Below, piece after piece: positions 18,064 through 29,945 of a DNA stretch of 32,000 nucleotides (within the stretch, counting starts at the first letter, position 1; each line of letters opens with the position of its first letter). A program made the translations under genes and the position numbers. The stretch lies in assembly GCF_052907905.1 (NCBI RefSeq), contig NZ_CM128590.1; one strand, written 5' to 3'. The notes under the pieces were generated by a model. That model had not been told where the DNA came from, searched no databases, and saw nothing but the letters and a program-made list of their open reading frames with translations.

Positions 18064-19317
18064 TTACGCACGAATGGTGTAATCACCAATGCCGATCCAC
18101 TTGTAAGTGGTCAGTGCTTCCAGCCCCATTGGGCCACGCGCGTGGAGTTTTTGTGTGCTTACCGCCACTTCCGCACCCAGACCAAACTGGCCGCCGTCGG
18201 TAAAACGCGTAGAGGCGTTAACGTAAACAGCGGACGAATCCACTTCGTTAACAAAACGCTGGGCGTTGCGCATATCGCGGGTCAGGATCGCATCGGAGTG
18301 TTGTGTGCCGTGTTCACGAATATGGGCGATGGCATCGTCAAGATCGCTGACGATTTTGACGTTCAAATCTAATGACAGAAACTCATCGTCATACTCTTCG
18401 GCTTTAACAGCAACCACCTTCGCAGGGCCTGCCTGCAACTGCGCCAGTGCAGCTGCATCTGCGTGTAATGTCACGCCGCTTTCCGCCATTTGTTTGCTTA
18501 ATGCGGGCAGGAAGCTATCGGCGATGTTTTTATTCACCAGCAACGTTTCAACCGTATTACATGTGCTCGGACGCTGAGTTTTCGCGTTGACGATCACTTT
18601 TAATGCTTCAGCGATCTCTACACTTTCATCAACGTAAATATGGCATACGCCTATACCACCTGTGATCACCGGGATTGTCGACTGTTCACGGCACAGTTTA
18701 TGCAAACCAGCGCCACCACGCGGGATCAGCATGTCGATGTATTTATCCATACGCAGCATTTCACTGACCAGCGCACGGTCAGGATTATCAATCGCCTGCA
18801 CGGCACCCGCCGGTAAGCCGCAGGATTTCAGGGCGTCCTGAATCACCGCCACCGTTGCAGCGTTAGTGCGACACGTTTCTTTGCCACCGCGCAGGATCAC
18901 CGCATTACCGGTTTTCAGGCACAGCGAAGCGACATCAACCGTCACGTTCGGGCGCGCTTCATAAATCACGCCAATAACCCCCAGCGGTACGCGACGACGC
19001 TCAAGACGCAGGCCGCTGTCCAGTACGCCGCCATCGATTACCTGCCCCACCGGATCGGCGAGGTTGCACACCTGACGTACATCGTCGGCAATGCCTTTCA
19101 GCCGTGCGGGCGTCAGTGCCAGACGGTCAAGCATCGCTTCGCTAAGGCCATTGGCTCGCGCGTCAGCAACATCCTGGGCGTTAGCGTTGAGGATGATTTC
19201 GCTTTGTGCTTCCAGTTCATCGGCGATTTTTTCCAGCACGCGATTTTTTTCGCGGCTGGAGAGTTGCGCTAATTTATACGAGGCTTGCTTCGCGGCAATG
19301 CCCATTTGTTCCAGCAT
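18064..19317 (-). CDS. proA: gamma-glutamyl phosphate reductase
   Basis: 417-aa ORF beginning [38 protein letters not shown]; genome order. Confidence 0.98.
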
Positions 19318-19328
19318 CAGCCTGCTCC

Positions 19329-20432
19329 TTAACGGGTAATCATGTCATCACGGTGAACGGCAACCGGGCCGTATTCATATCCCAGTATTGCATCAATTTC
19401 TTGCGAGTGGTGTCCGGCAATACGGCGTAATGCATCGCTGTTGTAACGACTGACGCCGTGGGCGATATCGCGGCCTTCGAGGTTGCAAATGCGGATGACT
19501 TCACCACGCGAGAAATTGCCAGTCACGCTTTTAATGCCTTTCGGCAACAGGGAGCTGCCGCGTTCCAGAATGGCGGCAGTTGCCCCTTCATCTACCGTGA
19601 TTTCACCCGCCGGCGGCGCACCGAAAATCCAGCGTTTACGGTTTTCAAGCGGAGTCGCCTGGGCATGGAACAGCGTACCGACGGAAATGCCTTCCATCAC
19701 ATCACCAATAACGCCCGGCTTGCTGCCCGCGGCAATAATGGTGTCGATACCCGCACGGCAAGCCACGTCAGCGGCCTGCAATTTGGTACTCATGCCGCCA
19801 GTTCCGAGGCCTGAAACGCTGTCACCGGCAATCGCGCGCAGTGCGTCATCAATGCCGTAAACATCTTTAATCAGTTCTGCCTGCGGATTGCTGCGCGGGT
19901 CAGCGGTATACAAACCTTTTTGATCGGTCAGCAGCAACAGTTTATCGGCACCCGCAAGAATCGCCGCCAGCGCAGAAAGGTTATCGTTATCGCCGACCTT
20001 AATCTCTGCCGTAGCGACAGCATCGTTCTCATTGATTACCGGAACGATATTGTTATCGAGCAACGCTCGCAGGGTGTCGCGGGCGTTCAGGAAGCGTTCA
20101 CGGTCTTCCATATCAGCACGGGTCAGCAGCATTTGCCCGACGTGAATGCCATAAATCGAAAACAGCTGTTCCCACAGTTGAATCAGTCGACTCTGCCCTA
20201 CCGCCGCCAGCAGTTGTTTCGAGGCGATGGTCGCTGGCAGTTCCGGGTAACCCAGGTGCTCACGTCCGGCGGCGATCGCGCCCGACGTCACAATAACAAT
20301 CCGATGCCCGGCGGCATGTAACTGCGCGCACTGGCGAACAAGTTCAACGATATGGGCACGGTTCAGACGGCGCGATCCGCCTGTTAGCACACTGGTGCCG
20401 AGTTTTACCACCAGCGTCTGGCTGTCACTCAT
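19329..20432 (-). CDS. proB: glutamate 5-kinase (367 aa)
   Basis: [34 protein letters not shown]; the track ORF is N-terminally over-extended to 20519. Confidence 0.98.
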
Positions 20433-20620
20433 GATTCTCTGCCATTCAATTTTAGGAAAAATGATATCAAACGAACGTTTTAGCAGGACTGTCGTCGGTT
20501 GCCAACCATCTGCGAGCAAAGCATGGCGTTTTGTTGCGCGGGATCAGCAAGCCTAGCGGCAGTTGTTTACGCTTTTATTACAGATTTAATAAATTACCAC
20601 ATTTTAAGAATATTATTAAT

Positions 20621-20639
20621 CTGTAATATATCTTTAACA
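20621..20639 (+). promoter_or_regulatory. PhoB-binding pho box upstream of phoE (CTGTAATATATCTTTAACA)
   Basis: Matches the known pho-box arrangement at phoE. Confidence 0.75.
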
Positions 20640-20713
20640 ATCTCAGGTTAAAAACTTTCCTGTTTTCAACGGGACTCTCCCGCTGAATATTCGCGCGTTA
20701 ATTAAAATCAGGA

Positions 20714-21775
20714 ATGAAAATGAAAAAGAGCACTCTGGCATTAGTGGTGATGGGCATTGTGGCATCTGCATCTGTACAGGCTGCAGAAATATATAATAAA
20801 GACGGTAATAAACTGGATGTCTATGGCAAAGTTAAAGCCATGCATTATATGAGTGATAACGCCAGTAAAGATGGCGACCAGAGTTATATCCGTTTTGGTT
20901 TTAAAGGCGAAACACAAATTAACGATCAACTGACTGGTTATGGTCGTTGGGAAGCAGAGTTTGCCGGTAATAAAGCAGAGAGTGATACTGCACAGCAAAA
21001 AACGCGTCTCGCTTTTGCCGGGTTGAAATATAAAGATTTGGGTTCTTTCGATTATGGTCGTAACCTGGGGGCGTTGTATGACGTGGAAGCCTGGACCGAT
21101 ATGTTCCCGGAATTTGGTGGCGATTCCTCGGCGCAGACCGACAACTTTATGACCAAACGCGCCAGCGGTCTGGCGACGTATCGGAACACCGACTTCTTCG
21201 GCGTTATCGATGGCCTGAACTTAACCCTGCAATATCAAGGGAAAAACGAAAACCGCGACGTTAAAAAGCAAAACGGCGATGGCTTCGGCACGTCATTGAC
21301 ATATGACTTTGGCGGCAGCGATTTCGCCATTAGTGGGGCCTATACCAACTCAGATCGCACCAACGAGCAGAACCTGCAAAGCCGTGGCACAGGCAAGCGT
21401 GCAGAAGCATGGGCAACAGGTCTGAAATACGATGCCAATAATATTTATCTGGCAACTTTCTATTCTGAAACACGCAAAATGACGCCAATAACTGGCGGCT
21501 TTGCCAATAAGACACAGAACTTTGAAGCGGTCGCTCAATACCAGTTTGACTTTGGTCTGCGTCCATCGCTGGGTTATGTCTTATCGAAAGGGAAAGATAT
21601 TGAAGGTATCGGTGATGAAGATCTGGTCAATTATATCGACGTCGGTGCTACGTATTATTTCAACAAAAATATGTCAGCGTTTGTTGATTATAAAATCAAC
21701 CAACTGGATAGCGATAACAAATTGAATATTAATAATGATGATATTGTCGCGGTTGGCATGACCTATCAGTTTTAA
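20714..21775 (+). CDS. phoE: outer membrane phosphoporin PhoE
   Basis: [45 protein letters not shown]...VGMTYQF. Confidence 0.98.
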   Translation: MKMKKSTLALVVMGIVASASVQAAEIYNKDGNKLDVYGKVKAMHYMSDNASKDGDQSYIRFGFKGETQINDQLTGYGRWEAEFAGNKAESDTAQQKTRLAFAGLKYKDLGSFDYGRNLGALYDVEAWTDMFPEFGGDSSAQTDNFMTKRASGLATYRNTDFFGVIDGLNLTLQYQGKNENRDVKKQNGDGFGTSLTYDFGGSDFAISGAYTNSDRTNEQNLQSRGTGKRAEAWATGLKYDANNIYLATFYSETRKMTPITGGFANKTQNFEAVAQYQFDFGLRPSLGYVLSKGKDIEGIGDEDLVNYIDVGATYYFNKNMSAFVDYKINQLDSDNKLNINNDDIVAVGMTYQF

Positions 21776-21782
21776 TGGATAT

Positions 21783-21805
21783 TGCCGGATGTGATACATC
21801 CGGCA
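21783..21805. terminator. hairpin TGCCGGATG-TGATA-CATCCGGCA, REP-like/terminator after phoE
   Basis: Perfect 9-bp stem. Confidence 0.6.
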
Positions 21806-21813
21806 CATTTCAC

Positions 21814-22272
<459 letters not shown>

Positions 22273-23517
22273 TTAACACAAACGTTTTTCGATCCAGTCT
22301 GTGATTTCCTGAAGACCTTTGTCAAAATTCCGATACACCGGGTTAAATGGGATCTCTAATAATTTACCGTCAGCAGATGATGAGGTGATTAAGCGTGAGT
22401 CCTCTTCCGGGCTGAACGGATCGTTCTTCCAGTAGCCCGATAACATTGGCGTTGGGCAGCGACGTCCCAGCAATCCTTGCACTTTTAATGAATAGCGATT
22501 CAGCTCCACGCGCAACGCTTCGTCGGAAGCATCATGCATCCCCAAACGACTCGCCAGAACGTCAAGATACATTTCCGGCACCTGTTGCTGGCACTTAAAA
22601 TCACTCAACAGGGTATGAACTACCGGACCAAGACAGGCAACCGCTTTCAGACGCGGCGATTCAAGGTATGCCAGACGCACGGCAACGTTAGCGCCGAAAC
22701 GGAAACCAAAGGCCGCGACGCGAGTGTGATCCACCCACGGTACGTTAGGCAGCGCCTTTAAGACGTGCTGATGCAACAGGCTGGAGTCCTGGGTCAGCTT
22801 CCATTTTGAAGAAAAGCCCACCGACGGCATATCAATAGTCAGCATCGCAATGCCGCGCGGCGCAAAATAACGTTCGTACAGGCTGTAATAGTCCGTCTGC
22901 ATCGCATCCAGACCACCACACATTAATACTGTCGGGAACGGGCCATCGCCTTTCGGCATATGCAAAAAGCCGGTGATGGGCGCACCGCCGGGTACGGTAA
23001 ACTCCATCTGCCGCATCGTGCCCGGCAGACGCTGAGCGGCCTCTTCATAGGCGCGGTTTGACAAAGCCTGCGCTTGCTCGGCCAGGTCATCTCCTTTCAG
23101 ATGAGGATAGGCAGCAATGTTATACAACGTAGCCGCATGCAGCCAGTGACGACCACTGAGTTGCGGATCTTCTTCCGCACAGGCTTTTTGTTGCCACACC
23201 ATCGCCTGGGTGGCCCACTCATAAATCCAGTTGCCACCACGGTAGCCAATCACCGTATCGTATAAATCATCGTCGGTACGTTCGGCATCGCTCATCACAA
23301 TACGTGCCTGGACGTCGAGGATTTCGCGTGGGTCAATGCCGCGCCAGATCCACATCAGACGGTTAATCATGCGATACCAGTGAGGGATGGTTTTACCATC
23401 AAGGGCCGACTGCACAGGCGGTTGTGCGCCGTGATTAAAGCGGCGGACTAGCGTCGAGGTTTCAGGATGTTTAAAGCGGGGTTTGAACAGGGTTTCGCTC
23501 AGGTTTGCCTGTGTCAT
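22273..23517 (-). CDS. frsA: FrsA alpha/beta-hydrolase (414 aa)
   Basis: Full-length [29 protein letters not shown]; gene order. Confidence 0.96.
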
Positions 23518-23608
23518 GGATGCAGCCTCCAGAATACTTACTGGAAACTATTGTAACCCGCCTGAAGTTAAAAAGAACAACGCCCGGCAGTGCCAGGCGT
23601 TGAAAAGA

Positions 23609-24067
23609 TTAGCGACCGGAGATTGGCGGGACGAATACGACGCCCATATCCCACGGCTGTTCGATCCAGGTATCTTGCGGGATATCAACAACATAATCAT
23701 CAACCAGCGGACGACCAGCCGGTTTTGCAAAGATGGTGACAAAGTGCGCTTTTGGATACATTTCACGAATCGCAACCGCAGTACCACCGGTATCCACCAG
23801 GTCATCAATAACGATGAAGCCTTCGCCATCGCCTTCTGCGCGTTTCAGCACTTTAAGCTCGCGCTGGTTGTCGTGATCGTAGCTGGAAATACAAACGGTA
23901 TCGACATGACGAATACCCAGTTCACGCGCCAGTAACGCACCCGGTACCAGACCGCCACGGCTTACGGCAATAATGCCTTTCCATTGTTCAGAAGGCATCA
24001 GTCGGCTTGCGAGTTTACGTGCATGGATCTGCAACATGTCCCAGGTGACGATGTATTTTTCGCTCAT
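23609..24067 (-). CDS. gpt: xanthine-guanine phosphoribosyltransferase
   Basis: 152 aa with PRPP motif '[18 protein letters not shown]'. Confidence 0.98.
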
Positions 24068-24327
24068 GTGAAGTGTCCCAGCCTGTTTATCTACGGCTTA
24101 AAAAGTGTTCGAGGGGAAAATAGGTTGCGCGAGATTATAGAGATCTGGCGCACTAAAAACCAGTATTTCACATGAGTCCGCGTCTTTTTACGCACTGCCT
24201 CTCCCTGACGCGGGATAAAGTGGTATTCTCAAACATATCTCGCAAGCCTGTCTTGTGTTGACAACATTTTCTGCTAACCCTGTGACCTGCAATACTGTTT
24301 TGCGGGTGATCGACAAGGAGACTTAAC

Positions 24328-25785
24328 GTGTCTGAACTGTCTCAATTATCTCCACAGCCGCTGTGGGATATTTTTGCCAAAATCTGTTCTATTCCTCACC
24401 CGTCCTATCATGAAGAGCAACTCGCTGAATACATTGTTGGTTGGGCAAAAGAGAAAGGTTTCCATGTCGAACGCGATCAGGTAGGTAATATCCTGATTCG
24501 TAAACCTGCTACCGCAGGTATGGAAAATCGTAAACCGGTCGTCTTGCAGGCCCACCTCGATATGGTGCCGCAGAAAAATAACGACACCGTGCATGACTTC
24601 ACGAAAGATCCTATCCAGCCTTATATTGATGGCGAATGGGTTAAAGCGCGCGGCACCACGCTGGGTGCAGATAACGGCATTGGTATGGCGTCTGCGCTGG
24701 CGGTTCTGGCTGACGAAAACGTGGTTCACGGCCCGCTGGAAGTGCTGCTGACCATGACCGAAGAAGCCGGTATGGACGGTGCGTTCGGCTTACAGAGCAA
24801 CTGGTTGCAGGCTGATATTCTGATTAACACCGACTCCGAAGAAGAAGGTGAAATCTACATGGGTTGCGCGGGGGGTATCGACTTCACCTCCAACCTGCAT
24901 TTGGATCGTGAAGCGGTTCCAGCTGGCTTTGAAACCTTCAAGTTAACCTTAAAAGGTCTAAAAGGCGGTCACTCCGGCGGTGAAATCCACGTTGGCCTGG
25001 GTAATGCCAACAAACTGCTGGTGCGCTTCCTGGCGGGTCATGCGGAAGAGCTGGACCTGCGCCTTATCGATTTCAACGGTGGCACACTGCGTAACGCCAT
25101 CCCGCGTGAAGCCTTTGCGACCATTGCTGTCGCAGCTGATAAAGTCGACGCCCTGAAATCTCTGGTGAATACCTATCAGGACATCCTGAAAAACGAGCTG
25201 GCAGAGAAAGAGAAGAATCTGGCCTTGTTGCTGGACTCTGTAGCGAACGATAAAGCTGCTCTGATTGCGAAATCTCGCGATACCTTTATTCGTCTGCTGA
25301 ACGCCACCCCGAACGGTGTGATCCGCAATTCCGACGTGGCAAAAGGTGTGGTCGAAACCTCCCTGAACGTCGGTGTGGTGACCATGACTGACAATAACGT
25401 AGAAATTCACTGCCTGATCCGTTCACTGATCGACAGCGGTAAAGACTACGTGGTGAGCATGCTGGATTCGCTGGGTAAACTGGCTGGCGCGAAAACCGAA
25501 GCGAAAGGCGCATATCCTGGCTGGCAGCCGGACGCTAATTCTCCGGTGATGCATCTGGTACGTGAAACCTATCAGCGCCTGTTCAACAAGACGCCGAACA
25601 TCCAGATTATCCACGCGGGCCTGGAATGTGGTCTGTTTAAAAAACCGTATCCGGAAATGGACATGGTTTCTATCGGGCCAACTATCACCGGTCCACACTC
25701 TCCGGATGAGCAAGTTCACATCAAAAGCGTAGGTCATTACTGGACACTGCTGACTGAACTGCTGAAAGAAATTCCGGCGAAGTAA
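24328..25785 (+). CDS. pepD: aminoacyl-histidine dipeptidase (peptidase D)
   Basis: 485-aa ORF MSELSQLSPQPLWDIFAKICSIPHPSYHEEQLAEYIVG. Confidence 0.98.
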   Translation: MSELSQLSPQPLWDIFAKICSIPHPSYHEEQLAEYIVGWAKEKGFHVERDQVGNILIRKPATAGMENRKPVVLQAHLDMVPQKNNDTVHDFTKDPIQPYIDGEWVKARGTTLGADNGIGMASALAVLADENVVHGPLEVLLTMTEEAGMDGAFGLQSNWLQADILINTDSEEEGEIYMGCAGGIDFTSNLHLDREAVPAGFETFKLTLKGLKGGHSGGEIHVGLGNANKLLVRFLAGHAEELDLRLIDFNGGTLRNAIPREAFATIAVAADKVDALKSLVNTYQDILKNELAEKEKNLALLLDSVANDKAALIAKSRDTFIRLLNATPNGVIRNSDVAKGVVETSLNVGVVTMTDNNVEIHCLIRSLIDSGKDYVVSMLDSLGKLAGAKTEAKGAYPGWQPDANSPVMHLVRETYQRLFNKTPNIQIIHAGLECGLFKKPYPEMDMVSIGPTITGPHSPDEQVHIKSVGHYWTLLTELLKEIPAK

Positions 25786-25796
25786 TTATTTGATTT

Positions 25797-25834
25797 GCTG
25801 CCGGATGGCGTTTAATCGCCTTCCGGCAGTTTCA
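25797..25834. repeat. REP-like hairpin downstream of pepD (TGCCGGATGGCG ... CGCCTTCCGGCA)
   Basis: Characteristic REP core in inverted arrangement. Confidence 0.7.
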
Positions 25835-25841
25835 TCCTTCA

Positions 25842-26368
25842 TTATCCTTCGATAAAAGCCATCCCTGTAAATGTCCGTCGCGGGTTGCCACGTTCAATCT
25901 GGTGATGGAACATTCGCCGCTGCGATTTCAGCGCCGCGCTATTTTCCTGTTGCTGCTGCTCCAGCTTCCAGGCAATCAGCAATCGCGCCAGCCGTTTGTT
26001 AGCATGCTGGCTGCGCTCTGACTGAACCTTCACGCTAATACCGGATGCCAGATGCGTGGCGCGTACCGCCGAGTCGGTTTTATTGACATGTTGACCGCCC
26101 GGCCCCGACGAACGCAACGTCTCATAACGGATTGCATCCGATTATTCCTGCTCATCAGCGGTAAAACGCCCAATGCCCAGAAACCAGTTTTTGCGCCCAT
26201 GATGAGGCCGATACGGACTCGGACAAATCCACTGAATAGTGCCACACCAGCTTTCGCTTAATGCCCATGCGTTATCGCCATCCAGAGAAACCAGCGCCGA
26301 ACGCAGCGTGTCAGAGTAGCGGCCCGTTTCTGTTTCCAGCACCGTTACAGCGACGTCTTGTCGGGTAA
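25842..26368 (-). pseudogene. prfH: truncated release-factor homologue PrfH with an in-frame TAA
   Basis: '...[39 protein letters not shown]...' contains the RF-type GGQ motif; the 5' end is lost at the fusion with an rtcB-like fragment. Upstream boundary approximate. Confidence 0.85.
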
Positions 26369-26577
26369 AAACGACCAACAGAGAAGAACGCTGCGCCAAT
26401 CGGGTAGCCGCGTCCGGGGTGTAAATCTGGCATCCCCACTACGCGCTGCATGTTGGGTAAATTTGCCGTGGTGTGTAATTGTTGGATCGCTAAACTCTCG
26501 ATCCACAGGTCATCAGATGCGATGGTAAATACCGCATCGGATAAGGGACGAATATATTTGCCCATGTACCATTCCAT
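26311..26577 (-). pseudogene. ykfJ: RtcB-like RNA ligase N-terminal fragment fused into prfH out of frame
   Basis: '[62 protein letters not shown]' is a typical RtcB N-terminus, followed by an unrelated tail. Confidence 0.85.
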
Positions 26578-26810
26578 TTATACTCGTCATACTTCAAGTT
26601 GCATGTACTGCGACTCGAATTATTTAGAGTATATAAATATAAAAATCAGGAAATGGCAGACGAATCCAGGGCAAGAAAAAAAGAATTAATCCTGGAAAGG
26701 TCTGCAAAGAGTCATTGATAAAGGATTTGTCATGATTTACCTCCTTGCAGTTTGTGGAATAAGAAAACGCGCACATACCAGGCGGGCGTTATTTTCATTG
26801 CAAGCTGGAT

Positions 26811-27263
26811 TTAATATTGCGGTTTATATCGCATATAAAAATTAGTAAACCACGTTCCCCGGCATTCAACGCGCTGCTGCTTAACTGTCTGAAAACCATA
26901 ACGTTCAAAAAAGGGTTTTGCGGTTATGCTGGCGTCCACCGTAAGTTCGGATTCAGACTTAATCAAAGGTTTTAACAAAGCGCAGGCAACCCCGCGGCGG
27001 GTGTATTCAGGGTCAACAAATAACATATCGATATAACGTTCAACGCAGGTAATAAAACCAACCGGTTGTGCATTAATGACGGCAACCCGCACTTGTGATT
27101 TCGCGAGTTTCTCCTTCCAGCGAGATTCGTCAATCTGCGCCCAGGCGGCAATTTGTTGTGGTGAATAATGCTGACTGGAGATCATCGTAACCGCTCTAAT
27201 GAAAATAGCGCATAGTTGCTGAAAATCGCCAGGCTGATAGTCTCTTATTTGTATGTTATTCAT
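26811..27263 (-). CDS. yafP: GNAT family N-acetyltransferase YafP
   Basis: 150 aa MNNIQIRDYQPGDFQQLCAIFIRAVTMISSQHYSPQQ; dinB operon position. Confidence 0.95.
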   Translation of the reverse strand: MNNIQIRDYQPGDFQQLCAIFIRAVTMISSQHYSPQQIAAWAQIDESRWKEKLAKSQVRVAVINAQPVGFITCVERYIDMLFVDPEYTRRGVACALLKPLIKSESELTVDASITAKPFFERYGFQTVKQQRVECRGTWFTNFYMRYKPQY

Positions 27264-27272
27264 AATATAAAT

Positions 27273-27671
27273 TCAAAAACGCATGCGAAACGCTTCTGCC
27301 ATTTTCCCAATTTTATGCATTTGGTTGTTATCTCGAGCCTGTTTATGAGGTTCAGGTTTCAGAATGGCAATGAGCAACCATGCTTGCTCATCAAACGCAC
27401 CCTGACAATATACCAAATGCGCTTCGTCATTCGTTCTGCTGAATTGGCGCAACTGTGGCGGAAATGGATTATTCACATTTGCCAGATGAATATGAGCAAC
27501 TCGCTCAAATTTGATTAATGGCCAGGTAAACGAGTCGTCGTAGAGTGCATCGCGACCAAATATATCTGGCAAAACACCGTCACGCTTATAGGAAATAAAA
27601 TCCGCCGTTAACGCATCAAGTTCCTCTGCTGTAAGTTGCAGGCGAATAAGTTTTGTTTTGAATACCCGCAT
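27273..27671 (-). CDS. yafO: mRNA interferase toxin YafO
   Basis: 132 aa MRVFKTKLIRLQLTAEELDALTADFISYK; downstream of yafN. Confidence 0.96.
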   Translation of the reverse strand: MRVFKTKLIRLQLTAEELDALTADFISYKRDGVLPDIFGRDALYDDSFTWPLIKFERVAHIHLANVNNPFPPQLRQFSRTNDEAHLVYCQGAFDEQAWLLIAILKPEPHKQARDNNQMHKIGKMAEAFRMRF

Positions 27672-27673
27672 CC

Positions 27674-27967
27674 TTATTCCTTAAAGTCATTGAAATCATC
27701 ATCCGTCATATCATTAAGATATTTTTCAGCTCGGCGTGTAATTTCCTCTAATCTTGCAGCACTTGGACGGAAGCGCGCCTTTATGGGCTTTTTCTCCTCT
27801 TGTTCAGCAAGCATGTCCATTAACGCTTCGAATGCGCTGGCACTTAAGAGATATCCTGCGGGGCGATTATTAGAAAGAACCGCAACCGGTTGATCAATAA
27901 AGTATTTAGCTGGGTTTTTACGTAACTCAGTAATATTGACCGATTTTTCAGCGAGAATTCGATGCAT
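27674..27967 (-). CDS. yafN: antitoxin YafN
   Basis: 97 aa MHRILAEKSVNITELRKNPAKYFIDQPVAVLSNNRPAGYLLS, Phd/YefM-like. Confidence 0.96.
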   Translation of the reverse strand: MHRILAEKSVNITELRKNPAKYFIDQPVAVLSNNRPAGYLLSASAFEALMDMLAEQEEKKPIKARFRPSAARLEEITRRAEKYLNDMTDDDFNDFKE

Positions 27968-28018
27968 GCAGTGATCCCCTCATAATAATGCACACCAGAA
28001 TAGACATAATAGTATACA

Positions 28019-29074
28019 TCATAATCCCAGCACCAGTTGTCTTTCCATTTGCGGATCAAGCAACGTCACATGCAGCCCCACCAGTCGCACACCGCGCCCG
28101 CCGCGGCGTTCATCCCAGGTTTTACGCGCGGTGGCGATTAAGTCAGCTTTATTCAGCCGCGGCCAGACGTGCTCCTGAGTGGTTTGCTGAAAATCGTCGA
28201 ACTTTAATTTCACCCCCTGGCGGGCAATCAGTAAATCAGGTTTTACCTTTGCCAGACGGCGTTCAAGTTCCGGATACAGCCGCTCGATAATCGCTTCACA
28301 TTCAGACCAGTGGTGGATATCTTCCGCCATCGTGCGTTCCACGCCGACGGATTTTCGCAACCGTTCGCTGTTAACGTCGCGCTCGTCAATCCCCTGACTA
28401 CGCTCCCACAAAATGCGGCCAAATTTGCCAAAGCGTTTAAGCAGCATCACCAGATCACACTTTTGTACATCACCGCAGGTTCGTAGCCCCATCGCTTCCA
28501 GTTTTGCCGCCGAGACTTTGCCGACGCCGGGGATTTTTGCCAGTGGTAAGGTTTGTAAAAATGCCGGAACTTCTGCCGGCGTAATCACAAACTGGCCGTT
28601 GGGTTTATTCATGTCGGAGGCGATTTTGGCGAGAAACTTTACGGGTGCCACGCCCGCAGACGCCGTCAGTTGCAGCTCGTTGAAAATCGTCTGGCGGATT
28701 TCCTGGGCGATGAGGGTCGCAGAACCGTGGCAATGGACGCTATCGGTGACGTCGAGATAAGCCTCATCCAGTGACAACGGTTCAATACGCGAGGTGTAGC
28801 GCGAGAAGATTTCGCGGATATGATTTGAGGCTTCTTTGTAGGCGTCAAAGCGCCCCGGAAGCAAGGTGAGATGCGGGCATAATTTGAGCGCCATCCCTGT
28901 CGGCATAGCGCTACGTACGCCAAATTTACGCGCGGGATAATTGGCGGTGCTGATCACCCCCCGACGTTCGCGGCTGCCGCCAATAGCAATAGGGATATCG
29001 CGCAGGGCGGGATTGTCGCGCATCTCCACTGCGGCGAAAAAGCAGTCCATATCCACATGAATGATTTTACGCAT
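28019..29074 (-). CDS. dinB: DNA polymerase IV
   Basis: 351 aa [34 protein letters not shown]-family polymerase. Confidence 0.98.
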
Positions 29075-29091
29075 TACTCACCTCTCAACAC

Positions 29092-29107
29092 TGGTAAAGT
29101 ATACAGT
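29092..29107. promoter_or_regulatory. LexA (SOS) box CTGGTAAAGTATACAG upstream of dinB
   Basis: CTG-N10-CAG immediately upstream of the dinB start. Confidence 0.85.
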
Positions 29108-29144
29108 GATTTCAGGGTTTGAGAAATGCGTAAAGATTCAGCAT

Positions 29145-29945
29145 TTAGCGCGTTCGCTGCGAAAGCACCTGCTGCTTATCCAGCTTTTGCACCAGCGGCT
29201 GCACCACTTTATCCCCATGCTGACCAAAGTATTGATACAGCGTATCGGACGCACTTTTGGTCAGCACCATAATCTCGATGCGCCGATTACCCGCACTTTG
29301 CGGATTCTTCGCGTTCAGCAGCATCTGGTCCGCCATTGCGCTTACCTGCATCACTTTATCTTCCGGCATTCCGGCCTCTTCCAGCACCCGACGAGCCGAA
29401 AGCGCGCGGTCACCCGAAAGGTTCCAGTTGTTGTAGATATTGTTTTTGTAGGCCATCGCATCGGTATGCCCGGTAATAATAATTTTGTTATCGAGCGAGT
29501 CGAACACTGGCGCGAGCTCCACCAGCAGCGTTTTAAAGAACGGCATAATCTGCGCGCTGCCGCGTTCGAACATATTGCGATTCTGGTCATCTTTAATCAG
29601 CACGCGCAATCCCTGGGGAACAATCTCCATCTCCAGATTCGCTTCCATATGCGCATCACGGGCAATTGTGTTGATACTGGTTGCCAGCTCGCCAAGCTCG
29701 GTGGCGGATTTCTTCTTCAGCAGCGCCGTTTTCTCGTTGACGTCGCGCGCTTTTTTCTCCGTCTCTTCCGGCACCGCCACGGTGGCAGGTTTTGGCGGAT
29801 GAGACGGGCTGATTTTATTTAACGGCGACAGCCCACCACCGTTAAAAATCGACTGCCCGTGCAGCGCGGCGATAATGCTTTCACGCTCGGATTTACTGAC
29901 GCTGTTGACAATCAACTTTATTGTCGTCACCAAAGGGGCCGAGCG
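29145..29945 (-). pseudogene. lafU: truncated MotB-like lateral flagellar stator gene
   Basis: 'VLIKDDQNRNMFERGSAQIMPFF...IIITGHTDAMAYKN...NWNLSGDRALSARRVLEEAG' is an OmpA/MotB-like domain; the N-terminus is replaced at the deletion junction (boundary approximate). Confidence 0.88.

Noticed and set aside
18266-20321. Several long plus-strand ORFs antisense to proA and proB
   Set aside because: Common antisense open frames opposite GC-rich conserved genes.
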